Positions 28,706 through 42,957 are shown, counted from the first letter of the stretch. The stretch is DNA of 64,000 bases from Octopus vulgaris (GCA_951406725.2 OX597814.1:223634001-223698000); one strand, 5' to 3'. Made by a program: numbers and translations. The notes: a model not told the origin generated them from the sequence alone.

Positions 28706-29125
28706 AACCTTTCTACTAAAGGCACAAAGCCTGAAATTTTGGGGCGAGGAGACTAGTCGATTACATTGAGTCAGTGTTTCCCTGGTACTTATTTTATCGA
28801 CACGCAAAGGATAAAAGGCAAACTCGCAGGAATTTGAACTCTGAACGTACGAAATGCCGGTAAGCATTTTGCCCAGCATGCTAACACATCTTAATTTTTT
28901 TATTGCCCACAGGGGGCTAAACACAGAGAGGACAAACAAGGACAGACACACGCATTAAGTCTATAACATCGACCTCAGTGCGTAACTGGTACTTATTTAA
29001 TCGCCCCCGAAAGGATGAAAGACAAAGTCGACCTCGGCGGGATTTGAACTCAGAACATAACGGCAGACGAAATACAGCTGCGCTTTTCGCCCGGCGTGCT
29101 AAAGTTTCTGCCAGCTCACCGCCTT
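28706..29125 (-). mobile_element. Nested or dimeric SINE family B
   Basis: Two B cores with a junction at 28890/28891 after GCTAACACATC, the same position as in the 18803 copy. Confidence 0.8.
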
Positions 29126-29984
29126 AGTAATTATTGTAACCGTTTCTTTATTTATAACATATAAATAAAATGTCGAGTGTATTGGAGCGTTTTTTTTTTA
29201 GGGGGCGGGGTTTCATCCTGTAGTGTGACCACCGATGTAATCGATCACTGGCAAATTCTGTTCTTGATATTCTATTCTTGATATTCTGGGAATTTCTCTA
29301 AGACTGTTGATATATCACACAGATTTAACCGGCAATATGACGTCGAAAACAAAAAGAGTAAAAATCTTCTTCTCATGACAAGATGATATCTCGATTTTCT
29401 CCTTTTGTTGTAGTCTCGTTGCATTTCAGTATTGACTTTAAACTATGTGAGACGTTAAATGTGGAGAGCGCAACAAGTCTCAACTATTTGAATATGAAAT
29501 ATGAAGTTGTGTGCCAACGACCTGAGAGGTTAAAAGATTCACTTTCATCGTGCAATGTCATTATTCGGTGCGGGAAGGGGGCTAACTATGGAAATCAGAG
29601 ATTTGGAAAACTTCACGGAATAAAGGAAATATGTAGAAGCATGAGTAGTAGTAGTGGTAGTAGTAGTATTTTCGATCAGTGATATTACCAGCCACCTCTA
29701 TCTCAGATTTGCTAATGATGTTAACTACAAAGGTGCCTGTTCATCATCCAGCTGATGATTTATTGCACTTGGAAAAAAAAGATAATTTAGAACTAGCAAA
29801 AAAAATGACTCGGTAGTGGAAGTAGCAACAGAGACTGAGTGAGAGAAAGATATTTAGAAAAAAACAAAGTTTAAAAAAAAATTAAAAGAAAATAAAAGTA
29901 CGGGATGCTTTCCTTTGAATTCGTAATGAACTGCCGCGAATGGGAATGGCTTTGCTAATCAATCCATTTATCAAACTAAAAAAA

Positions 29985-30113
29985 TTATTATCATTATTAT
30001 CAATATTATTATTATTATTAAAATTATTATTATTATTATTATCATTATTATTATTATTATTATTATTATCATTATTATTATTATTATTAAAATTATTATT
30101 ATTATTATTATTA

Positions 30114-30153
<40 letters not shown>

Positions 30154-30241
30154 CATTATTATTATTATTATTATTATTGTTGTTATTATTATTATTACCA
30201 TTATTATTATTACTACTTCTACTAGCTGTTGTTGTTGTTGC

Positions 30242-30305
<64 letters not shown>
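29985..30305. repeat. (TAT)n microsatellite
   Basis: Directly visible. Confidence 0.95.
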
Positions 30306-30310
<5 letters not shown>

Positions 30311-30608
30311 TATTATTTATCATTATTGCTATGATTAGCATCATCATCATTATCATTATCACCATCAATTTCATCATTATTCCTATCCCACAACAATATC
30401 ATCATCATCATCAACATCATTCACATCATGTTTATCAGCATCATCACCATCATCACCGTCGCCACCGTCGTCGCTATTTTTTTTTTATTGGTGTTAATTT
30501 TCTTTTTGTTGATGATGGAATTGATGTCCGGGGTTGTAATTATTATTAATAGTTGTTGGATTTTTAGTTGTTTTGCGTTTTACATTTTGATAGCTGTTTC
30601 ATTTTATA

Positions 30609-30660
<52 letters not shown>

Positions 30661-30824
30661 ATGCAGTAGCTTGTTCTTTTTTCCTGTATTTATGTTTTTC
30701 TAATGTTTTGGTGGAGTTTCAGGGATTTATGCTTAAGGATTAGGGCAATAGAAGAGAAAATGGAAATTCAGGTAATACTACTAACAGCAACAGCTGTAAT
30801 AGTAATAGTAGTTGCAGCAGCAGC

Positions 30825-30859
<35 letters not shown>

Positions 30860-30929
30860 AAGCAGTTGTTACTGACTTATCAAAGAGGTGGCGAATACGT
30901 CTACTTTCAAATCCCAAGAATACTGACGT

Positions 30930-30975
30930 ACATACAAACATACATACAAACATACATACATACATACATACATAC

Positions 30976-31012
<37 letters not shown>

Positions 31013-31033
31013 TAGATAGATAGACAGACAGAC

Positions 31034-31127
<94 letters not shown>
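30930..31127. repeat. (TACA)n(GACA)n(GATA)n compound microsatellite
   Basis: Directly visible. Confidence 0.95.
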
Positions 31128-31128
<1 letters not shown>

Positions 31129-31567
31129 CGGCGAAGAGAAAAGTAATATGAAAAGAGGAGCAGATAAAGCAGAAGATAAGACGTTAGGAGTATCCTTCTC
31201 TCTATATCACCATATCTCTCCGTAAGAGAGAACTATGGTAAGAAAAGAGAGAGAGGAACTGAGATAGTAGTTTATAAAGGGAAATGAGTGACGACGAAGA
31301 GCCGCTTTTTTTTGGTAATGTTTCAAAATGTTCATTAGTGCTTGATATTTAAATTTGCAGTTTGAACATGGTGGGAAAAAAAAAACCTTAAAATGTTTGC
31401 CCTCCATTAAGAAATTTGGTGAATATATTTCTTCCTTATGCTTCTCAATTTATATTTCATTAGCAATTCATTTAGAAACGTTTTGCTAATAGCAGAAATG
31501 CGTATGGATGAATATATCTCTACATATGCATGTATTTGTATGTATAAGTATATATACACACACACAA

Positions 31568-31641
<74 letters not shown>

Positions 31642-31710
31642 GTAGATATAGACATATATGTACATATATGTGTATGTGTGTGTACGTATGTATGTATATA
31701 TATTTATATA

Positions 31711-31742
<32 letters not shown>

Positions 31743-31879
31743 CATATATATATATATTTATATATATATATATATGAATATATATGCATGTGTGTGTTCG
31801 TGCGTGTAAATATGTATGAGTGCGTGTGCGTGTGTGCGTGTGTGTGTGTGCGTGCATGTGTGTGTGTGTACGAGTACAC

Positions 31880-32150
31880 TTTTATTCTTTTACTTGTATC
31901 AATCGCAGAAATCGAGCCCAGAACTTATCTTATCGTTCTCTTTGGCCGAACCACTAAGTTTCAGGGACGTAAACACATCAACATCAGCTGTCAAGTGATG
32001 GTGAGGGGACAAACACAGACACACATAAATATATACCAAATCCACTCATAAGGCCGGCCCGAGACTATAGCAGAAGTCTCTTGGCCAAATTGCCACGCGG
32101 TGGGACGGAACCCCAAACCGTATGTTTGGGAAGCATGCTTCCTACTCCAC
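31880..32150 (-). mobile_element. SINE family A, internally deleted copy
   Basis: Blocks gccgaaccactaag, gacgtaaacacatcaacatc, taccaaatccactca and tgccacgcggtgggacggaaccc. Confidence 0.7.
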
Positions 32151-32564
32151 AGTTTAATTTGAGATGTGATGTATACTTCTTGAAAGATAACCAGAAAATT
32201 ATAACTTTTCTCAAGTACACAACATGGTTACGCCATAAGTTTTTTATTTCTCCATTGGCAGATATATAGGGAGCGATCTGATTAGTTTCTAGTCTTTTTG
32301 TTATGTAGAAATGACTCTTTCTATATCGTTGTTTCATGCTCCTAACAACTCTGTGGACAAGCCATTGGTATTCACTAAAGATGTCGCCTCACTTATTTCA
32401 CTTGTGGAGATGTAAAATCTGTGCTGCCAAACACTAAGAAAAGCTACAGATGATGTGTTTATTAAAAAGATTGCCCATTACAGTTCCAAACATCTGCTCA
32501 TGCATATGGATATGCTCGTATGCATGAAAATGCGTGTGTATGGGTATATATATATGTATGTATG

Positions 32565-32606
<42 letters not shown>

Positions 32607-32625
32607 TAATCCAAACAAGAAAGCA

Positions 32626-33092
<467 letters not shown>

Positions 33093-33661
33093 CGTTTATG
33101 TATTTCTTTTGCAAGATTTCTGATATGGAATCGTTTGTTGAAACAAATATTGCTATATTTCGGGATGTTCATTAGTTTGTTCTTTTGTTTTTGGTGGGGG
33201 TGCGAAATAACCATGTGCACTCTATATTTGTTCTTCACTTACTTTGTCTCAACTCCTTCGTCACACATCTTGTGACCTCTTCTGATAGAAAGACAAAATG
33301 AAATAAAGAGAATCGTTGAAGAGGTCACAGGATGCGTGACGAAAGATTTCAGACATCGGAATAGAGTAGCCAATAGAACAAAATCTTACAAACGTGTTAC
33401 CTCCTTGGCACGGCCAGAAAGATCAGGGAAGTATTAGACAGTTGAAAAGAACAGATATCATGGTACCGTAGGGTGCAGGCAAGTCTGCTACGCATGCAAG
33501 GCTCTAGGAGTTTCCATAAATCCTGAGTTAAAAGGAATGAATAATAATAAAAAGCTCAAGTGAGTATATAATGCGTGTGATTATCTGGCAAGCAAAACCT
33601 GACCGTCCCAAAATATATAAGTGTGTGAGTGTGTATCTATATATATATATGATTATATAAT

Positions 33662-33697
<36 letters not shown>

Positions 33698-36600
33698 GGA
33701 ATAAATGTAAAGACAAGCAAATTAGGCAAGTCGATATACAAAGTTTATTAAATTTATTTGATACGAAAAATGTACGTGTATACATATAAAAATCTGTCAG
33801 ACTTACACAGAATGGAAACGATATCAAGATTTAAGGGGGGTGAAGAGGAGTTTTCCTAGTCCTACAGCTGTTCCTGGGGGTTCGGTGGTCCAAAAGAATG
33901 TTTGTAATTTGATACCATCATCGGAAACCACCAGCCTCCGTCTTCAGGGAACAATTCTACATTTGAGGTGTAAATATCTGGAAGAATTCGTCACTGAGGA
34001 GGCAAAATGAAGTTGAAACACGGTGTCCAATAATCTACTAATGACATGATAAAATAAGGCACAGCAGATAGAAGAGATCTATAAACCTCAGATTGGAGTT
34101 TTAAACTCAGAGTATCCATCCGTATTTCAACGTTAGCTTTGAAACCATTTCTGGGACAATGGAATACGTATCAACCTGCCTATAGCAAGGAATATTTGAA
34201 CTGAAATCATCTTACATTGGAAATCTACATATTTATAATACAGTCATACAACGAAACATCAAGTAAAGAGAGTGACAGACAATTTCCGAATACAGCCTAA
34301 AATCGGAACACCAAAAATTTATAACACGTTTCTAAAATTCCGAGTTGCTTTTCGTCATCATTGTTATTTAAATTCCAGTTGTGGAAGTGTATTTCTCATT
34401 AAAAACACACTTCATCGCTGTAAGAATAGTGAAAATAATTTAAAAAGATAATGTATTTTTAAGCAGATGCAGTTAGAGAATCACATTAAATATAAAACAA
34501 TTCTCACATTTATGTTTTATCTATTTTGAATTCTTCTTCGAATTCTTCTTTTAATTCTTTGAAGTATAATTTAAAATAGCATAAGTATAGATTTTTTGTG
34601 CGTTTCTCTCTCTCTCTCTCTTTCTCTTTCTCTTTCTCTCTCCCTTTTCTTTCTCTTTCTTCATCTCTCTCTCTCTCTCTCTCAGACACTCACACATACA
34701 CATACACTTGAAATAACTTTAGATTAAGATAATGTTATTATAATATTAATAATGTATATACAACGGTGGAACAATGTTGTAAAGTTTTAGCTCAAAGAAA
34801 TGTCTCAAAAATACTTGTGTCATAAAAAGCACAGATACCGAAATTGAAGTCGAAACACGGTGTCCAACAATCCGCTAAAGACATCTTTGTGTGAGTTCTG
34901 TGCTTTTCAACACGCAAGTTTCATCGAGAAGTTTGTCATAGAGGAAATATTACAGCAGGCACAGTTCGACGTTTCTATATTCGATATAAATATTATACAC
35001 TTAATTTAATTTAATGTACTGATATGTATGTGCATGAGAGTGAGAGAGAATGTGTATGCGTGTGTATGTGTGTGTGCGTGCGCGTGTGTGTGTATTTGGA
35101 AGAGTGAGAGAGGTGCATAGTTTATTTTCAATAAAGCATGAATTATCAACAACTTTGACTTATGAACTACAGCTTATCTAATTACAAACTAAAATGTTAT
35201 ATGTAATTACGAGACTGTTTTCTCCTATCTTATTTCAACTTTGCTGTAGAAAAGGTCAATACGAACAATTTACTTAATGAACATATCACAATGTATTATC
35301 AGGTTAAATAGTTTATCACCACATATTGAATTTAGATGTTAGATTCTTTGTTACGTTTTTAGTGAAAAGCTTGATCTATGTACTTATTAACGAAACATGA
35401 TTTTGAATATTTCATTTTAAAATCTTCCTAAATAGTTGACGACTGAATTAAGAGGTAGGACTGCAGAAATCGACTTACAGCATTCAGCTAAGTTTCTTTT
35501 AGTTCAGGTTTTGAATGACGCTGGACTCAGTATGACCCTTGGTGTTTCTCTAGGTTTATAACATAAGCATTATTCAAGGACTGTGAATCAATTTATTCGA
35601 TCAGAGCCGATGGACGGACCTGTTAAGATGGAATAATGCCATTTATAAATTCAGTTCAGTAGTTGAGACTATGTTGCTTTCTGGAAGAACTAAAATGTCT
35701 AGGCAGAAAATCATTATAATGATTATATTTTTGCTCATCTAATATTTTAAAGTCTATTTTTTCAATTAATCTATTTATTATCTACACTTCTAATTCACAG
35801 TTTAAAATAATTGCAATTATCATTTAAAAGAGAAATCCGAAGAAAATTTCGTTAAAAGGATTTTAATTTAAAAAACAATTCACAGGAGTTTCTTTCATAA
35901 CTAAGCATCGTTTCCGTTTTGTTAGAGTTTTGTCATGAATAGCTAAACTTTATGAAATAATAAGTTTGGATGTATATATGCGGTAGGACTATAGATATAG
36001 AAAAATATTTAATAGACATAACTTAAGGGTTTCATGGAACTGCACACCTAATGTAAAGAAAAAAGATTAGTTGTTACCACTAAACTGCACACAGAAGTTG
36101 GATTTCCTGTAGTGAATGCCCAGTGGATGGCAAATGGATAAATGCAACAGAGAACCCGCGGTTTACGAACCAGAAGTGTCACAACCAACATCAACTACCG
36201 TTACCCCGATGTACATAAATACATTAGGGTGACGGTAATTCCTTTTAAGGCCAGACTAAATAGTCACATATCCTCTTTTCGGATCCAGGAAGTGTTTATG
36301 TTAGAACTTTAACACTGTATGACATCAAGATTGCTAGAAAGTTCTAGGCCGTATGTTGCTGGAATTGTCTAGGTTGTATGTTAATTGAAGACGCGGAGTC
36401 TGGTAGTGAGAAGAATCATTCTAAAAATATTCACACAATCTGTGCGCTTTCTTTAACCCGATAAGTGAAATTGTTGGGTGCCGTCCTCATAAGAGCAAAT
36501 TTGTCTTAGTGACATGGTCATACCCGTTTTTGAAAAGGGGAGCGATATATATAAACAACTTACACGATCTTCTGACAGCTAACATCAAACCTTGTGGAAT

Positions 36601-36827
36601 AACACTTCTGTGTTTTTAGAAAAGCAATATTTTTCACTGTTTCGTTCCACCTTTTCGTCACCACTAAGTCTGCATAAAGGGATGAACCGCCAGTATAAAA
36701 GTGGATGTGCTTTCAACAGCTAAGTCAGAAGTATAGTTAATATTATCTAGGAGTAACATTCAGCCCGAAACCGGCATAACATTTTAACCATTTATATGCT
36801 ATAACCAGAAATGTATTACATAAAGGC

Positions 36828-37205
36828 ACAGGAGTGGTTGTGTGGTAAGAAGCTTGCTTCCCAAACATATTCTTCCGGGTTTAGTCCCACTGCGAGGCAC
36901 CATGGGCAAATGTCTTCCATAGTCTTGACCAAGACTTTGTGAGTGGATTTGGTAGACGGTAATTGAGGGAAGCCCGTCGTATATATATTTATATGTGTGT
37001 CTATGTTTGTCCTCAGTCACCACTTGACAACCGATGTGGGTGTGTTTACGTCCCCGTGACTTAGCGGTTCGGCAAAAGATATCGATAGAATAAGTACCAG
37101 GATTAAAAAATAAATACTAGGGTCGATTCATTCGACTAAAAATTCAAGACAGTGTGTCCCAGCATCGCGGCAGTCTAATGACTGAAACAGGTAAAAGATA
37201 AAAGA
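36828..37205 (+). mobile_element. SINE family A, full length
   Basis: Head GGAGTGGTTGTGTGGTAAGAAGCTTGCT...GGGTTTAGTCCC, the family core, and the tail ATGACTGAAACAGGTAAAAGATAAAAG. Confidence 0.85.
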
Positions 37206-37649
37206 TATATATATATATGTGTGTGTGGCTGTTTGTGTGTGCGCGGGGGTGTATAGTTACATGGTGTACTGTTACCTTTTATAAGGTCATAATATTCGTG
37301 CGCATTAACTCCTAGTGACTCACGGATCCATTTGCTTGACGTACACAAACATATGTTTAAAACGATACAAATATAATACATAACATGATATTGATCATAA
37401 GCCTTAAGCCATGCTTTAGTATGGTTAGAATTTACAAGTATTCGAATCTGCTAAAGGATTAAATAAATTTATAAACTACTTGCACATTGTACACGAAGCA
37501 TGTCTGTATGTGTATGTCTATGCAATTATGTAAGCACATCTCTGACGAACCGACTTATATATGAATTCGTTGATATTTTCCTTGTGTTTTGAAAATATTT
37601 CTTTTCCTTAGAGTCATATTGTTTGGGCACAATCATAAAACAAAATACT

Positions 37650-37651
<2 letters not shown>

Positions 37652-37692
<41 letters not shown>

Positions 37693-37780
37693 TACATACA
37701 TACATACATACATACATACATACATACATACATACACACACACATACATACATACATACATACATACATACATACATACA

Positions 37781-37814
<34 letters not shown>

Positions 37815-37830
37815 CATACATACATACATA
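37652..37830. repeat. (CA)n(TACA)n microsatellite
   Basis: Directly visible. Confidence 0.95.
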
Positions 37831-38455
37831 TATCAGACCAAATATTTGGTCGCAGAATAATCCAAAACATGGGTAATTTAAAATTTGCTCGAAACACAAA
37901 CAACGAAATAAAGATTGGACAGCCAGGTTTTATCAAAATATATTCATAACAATGAAAATGTTTATAACATTACAGAATACGTTAAAATTCTGTAGCATGT
38001 TTTGTACAATTTCCATAATTTATAATAATTTTCGGAATTTACTATGAAAAATATTGTAACCGCACATAGAATAATTTCATTTACTTCTTTGTTTTATATT
38101 TTGCCTGCGAATTTTGCATAACCAATATTATGTAAAAGTCTTGAAATATTCCGATGTAGAATCTCTATATCAAACGAAACTGAAGAATAGCTTACACATC
38201 CCAGTAGATTTCATACTTTTTACCGTTTCATGTGAGTCTTTGACAAAAGAATTTATGATCTGCAAGGAAAAGCTGACTAGTTTTGTTTCTTTAAGATGTG
38301 TTATGACACATTCACCGGAAGAGTTATTCTGTAGGCTTTGAATTCATTGTTGCTGTTGGTGCTCCGCCTTTGTCAAAATTGCAATACACAACTGAACAAG
38401 AAACTTTGTTTCCACACACGTATCAGCTTCTCAAACGGAGACAGCAAAACATTTT

Positions 38456-38555
<100 letters not shown>

Positions 38556-38677
38556 CGTACGTACAGCTTCCTCTTATATGTATGTAAGCATTCCACTATA
38601 TATATATATCAGAACATTTCGTTTTGGGATTTGGTTTGCAAGATTCTTTATATGAGTTCGTGTGTTGAAGCATATTC

Positions 38678-38893
38678 CGTTGTGTCTGGGGAGAGTCATT
38701 TTCTTTTTGTGCCTTATAATGTAACACACTCACCGGTAAAATATCCACTTATTTCTTCTTATTTTCTTAAAAATTTTTCGCTGCGTCTTGCATCCTTTTC
38801 AGGAAAGTAAAAATAAGAAATAAGTGGAAATTTTACCGGTGAGTGTGTTACATTATAAGGCACACAAAGAAAATGACTCTCCCCAGACACAAC
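38678..38893. repeat. Long inverted repeat (arms about 85 bp, spacer about 45 bp), probably Penelope-derived
   Basis: GTTGTGTCTGGGGAGAGTCATTTTCTTT...CACCGGTAAAA..CCACTTATTTCTT is mirrored by AAGAAATAAGTGG..TTTTACCGGTG...AATGACTCTCCCCAGACACAAC. Confidence 0.85.
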
Positions 38894-39636
38894 AGTATAA
38901 GAACATTATTATTCATAAAATAACAACTTTAGTGGCGGCAAGCATAAAAGCCGTATAGGCAAAATTAATAAATATATGTAACATATAGAAAGTACAAAGT
39001 GAGATAACATATAGAAATATATTTATATATAATAGGGCACTAATAACCGCTCCGAAAATACAGAAGAATTATTAAATTTTTACAGACATGATAGGAAAAA
39101 GTTTAAAACAAGTGAATAAGAATTGTGTCTTACTTTTTCAAAGGTTGCAGAAAGAATGTCAGCTGCTTATTAGTAACCTATAAAATATAAAATATATATA
39201 AAATATATATTTCATATAACATTTATTAATTTGGCCTATACGGTTTTTATGCTTGCAGCCACTAACATTATTTTTATGAATAACAATATCCTTTTATATA
39301 TATTTATATAATTCACATAGTTCGTTTGTTTCAATGGTGCTTGGGCACTCAAACGAACACAGGCATGATAGTAATCAATCTTAGTAATTGTTATTAGTAG
39401 ATCTGACTAAAAAGAATCGAGTGCCTTTGGCGCTAAATTCGAAATTATGATATCAGATTAACCGACATTCCTTCTACAACCTTTGCGGAGGTAAAACACA
39501 ATTCTTATTCACGTAATTTTTTTCCTATCATTGCCTGTATAAATTTAATGATTCTTTTGTGGCGTCGGAGTGTTTTGACTCCTATCTTTAGCAATGCAGA
39601 TGCTTATTAGTACTCTCTATTATGTATAAATATAAG

Positions 39637-39669
<33 letters not shown>

Positions 39670-39681
39670 TATATATATATA

Positions 39682-39985
39682 TCACGTGATCACGTGAGCG
39701 ACTGGACCATCAGATGTTGCTACACATCGCTGGTCACAATGCGTTTGCATTGTTTTGGCCTTCGAACGACGCCACCCCGCTGGCTAAGCGAGTAGGCCAA
39801 CAGAAGAAAGAGTGGGAGAAAGAGTGGTGAAAGAGTACAGCAGGCATCACCACCCCCTGCCGGAGCCTCGTGGAGCTATTTTAGGTGTTTTTCGCTCAAT
39901 AAAAACACACAACGCCCGGTCTGGGAATCGAAACTGCGATCCTCCGACCGCGAGTCCGCTGCCCTAACTGGGCCATTGCGCATCC
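39682..39985 (-). mobile_element. tRNA-derived SINE family C
   Basis: Minus-strand head GGATGCGCAATGGCCCAGTTAGGGCAGCGGACTCGCGGTCGGAGGATCGCAGTTTCGATTCCC has A/B-box-like motifs. The GC-rich body ends in the tandem tail CACGTGATCACGTGA and is inserted in (TA)n. Confidence 0.75.
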
Positions 39986-39991
39986 ATATAT

Positions 39992-40124
<133 letters not shown>

Positions 40125-40194
40125 ATACACACACTCGCACACATTATACACAGTATATAATATGGAGGAAATTCCTATTACCCAATAATAAGAA

Positions 40195-40413
40195 TAATCC
40201 TCTCTACTAAAGGCACAAAGCCTGAAATTTTTGTGGAAGGGGACTAGTCGATTACATCGACCCCAGTGAAACACTGGTACTTAATTTATCGACCCCGAAA
40301 GGATGAAAGACAAAGTCGACTTCGGCGGAATTTGAACCGAGGAAATAAAGGCGGACTAAATGCCGGTAAGCATTTTCCCCTGCGCGCTAACCATTCTGCC
40401 AGTTCGTTGCCTT
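40195..40413 (-). mobile_element. SINE family B
   Basis: B core plus the CTACTAAAGGCACAAAGCC tail. Confidence 0.8.
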
Positions 40414-40440
40414 ACTCAGTAATAATAATGGTAATCCTGA

Positions 40441-41867
40441 TTTCATTTATTTGCGTCCGAGGCGGATGAGGGGAAACAATAAGAAGACAGACACGAAGCG
40501 TGGGGATTTACACATAATGAAATGATAAAATAATTTTTAAAAATGTAAGTATACACGATATCCAATGGAAAGAAATGGAAATATACATAGTATACAAAAT
40601 TTAAAAGGCGGGAATGGTCTCTAGAGATAATCGAGGAACCCCACTATCTGAGATCTCTCTGAACATCAAGACCAAGTGCCCCTTCCAATTCTCTCTCCCC
40701 GACTCACAGGTCTACACTCAGAGGTACTATCCACTCTTGCCATTTTCGCAACTTTCGCCCACCTTTCAGTAAACTCACTCGAGGACAGCACTTCCCTCTC
40801 TACCCTCAATTTCGTTTTCAAGTGAAACTGAAAATGTCAATGAGACGAAATTATCTGTCCTCATCCCTTTCAGCCTTGTCCACCATAAACCTCTTTCTCC
40901 ACAGCCACCTGGCAAAGGAAAACTGTTTTACCTGTCCGATTACTGGGTGATGACAGGGCAATCATCACTATGAACTCGGCCGACATAACCCCACAAGTCA
41001 GCAACGCCCGGACACTGAACGAGTGCGTGCAGAACGGTTTCGTCACTTTGCGTGCAACTCGCACAAGCTCATCTGACAGCACATCCGTGCCTGCAGAGTT
41101 TATCTGAAACAGGTAGCGCCCCATCACTGCCAGGCTAAGGACATCTAGAAATTATCCATGATAGTTTCCGACCAGAAGGTCCTCCGGAACAAACTGACAA
41201 GTTCGTTTTCGTCAGTGCCCAGACTCTCTCCGAGAACGTCGGCGCACTTATCCGCCACTAATCCTCTATAAATTTCTAAAGAGGAACATCCACCGATCCC
41301 AGTGCCCAACAGTGAGCTGTGAGCGCTTGATGACATTTCAGGTACCAGGCACCCAGTCTCGGTCTTTTCTTCATTCAGGACAACAGCTCCGTCAAAGAGA
41401 CGAGCTACGGACAGACGTGTCTCACAAACTGAGCCCTCACATGCTCACTGTCCAGAAATTGTTGCAGGTGGCGCAACCTAAGAGTATGTCTGCGTATTAG
41501 AAGACACGGCATATCTAACCCGCCACTCAAAGCGTGCTGGCAACAGATTGACCACCTGACCATAGAGTCGCGTCCCTTCCAAAAGAATTTAAATAAAAGA
41601 CGTTCCAATCTGGTCATGTAGTAACCGAGACAACGCACGACAGTCAGTCTATAAACGATAACAGAGACGATGTAGACATTCGCCACTTCTGCCCGACCTT
41701 TCAGGGACAACTTCTTCTCAGCCTATTTTTGGGTAAGACTGGCCATCCTGTTCGTCACCTCGTCCCGATCCTTATCAATTTGGAGGTCGGAATTAAACCT
41801 GACCCCGAACAGTTTAACTGGTCCGTCGATCCAGCGTCCGATGACACCACCCGATGGCATCGATCTG
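40441..41867 (-). pseudogene. 5'-truncated, decayed Tx1-clade LINE related to 55318-60756
   Basis: Fragments align to ORF2: MPSGGVIGRWIDGPVKLFGV vs MPSNNVVGRWTEGPVKLLGV, LERLLFKFFWKG vs LERILFRFLWKG, and LVSLFRRTF vs LINLFRRTF. The 3' end is similar (GAGGGGAAACAATAAGAAGACAGAC). Confidence 0.9.
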
Positions 41868-41894
41868 CAATAATGATTTCTTAATAATAACAAC

Positions 41895-42305
41895 TTTTGT
41901 GCTATAGGCACAAGGGTTCCTGAGAGATGGTTTAGTGGATTACAACTACTCCAGTGCTCAACAGGTACTTATTTTATCGACCCCGATAAGATGAAATATA
42001 AAGTCGAGCTCAGCGGAAGTTGAGTGTAAATGATGGCCAAAATGCCTTTCGGTACATTGTCCGGTGTGCTACTGAGTCTGCTAGTTCATCGCCTCAGTAA
42101 TAATGATAATAATTTCAAATTCAGGTACGGGGCCATCAGTTTTTGAGGAGAAGGAATAAGTCGATTACATCGACCCCATTTTTTTGTTTTTCTGCTACTT
42201 ATTTCATCGAACCCGAAGTCATCCTTAGAAGTTTTTAAATTCAGAACAAAAGGACAATCGAAATACCGCTAAGCATTTTGTCCGGCACCGCTACCGTTCT
42301 ACCCT
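41895..42305 (-). mobile_element. Two adjacent degenerate SINE family B copies
   Basis: B cores at about 41895-42094 and 42113-42305. Confidence 0.65.
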
Positions 42306-42325
42306 TTCGTCATCTTCATCATCCT

Positions 42326-42401
<76 letters not shown>

Positions 42402-42957
42402 AGAAGAAGAAGAAGAAGAAGAAGAAGAAGAAGGAGAAGGAGAAGAAGAAGAAGAAGAAGAAGAATGAAAGGCAATTTTGACCTCAGTCATATTTAAACA
42501 TCGTACGCACATTGCCGGTAAGAAAATATATGCTTCGACTTAAGACAGCATTGCTTTTATCTGGATGTACAGTATCCAAGAGATAAGTATTGATATCGTC
42601 AAAAGTAATACAATTTGAGATCTTAACTCCGATGATGGAAGCGAGAAATGCACCAATATAGTAGCATATAGTGAAGCTTACGTTATTATATAGAAATCTG
42701 ATTTTCATAAATATGCGTCAACATTTTATTATTTTTCATTCCATATGCAGAAATAAGCCGCCGTAAATGAGAGCGGCTGCAATTGGTTCACTTGACAACG
42801 TTGTCAGGCACGTCAGTTATCACGACATATGTAAAAGTTTTCAAACTCAATTACTTTCGTCACCTTCATCATCCTCATCATCATCATCATCAGCAGCAGC
42901 AGCAGAAGAAGAAGAAGAAGAAGAAGAAGAAGAAGAAGAAGAAGAAGAAGAAGAAGA

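Noticed and set aside
39915-39985. tRNA-like sequence (also the heads of SINE families A and B)
   Set aside because: No complete cloverleaf, and each continues into a repeat body, so these are SINE heads rather than tRNA genes.
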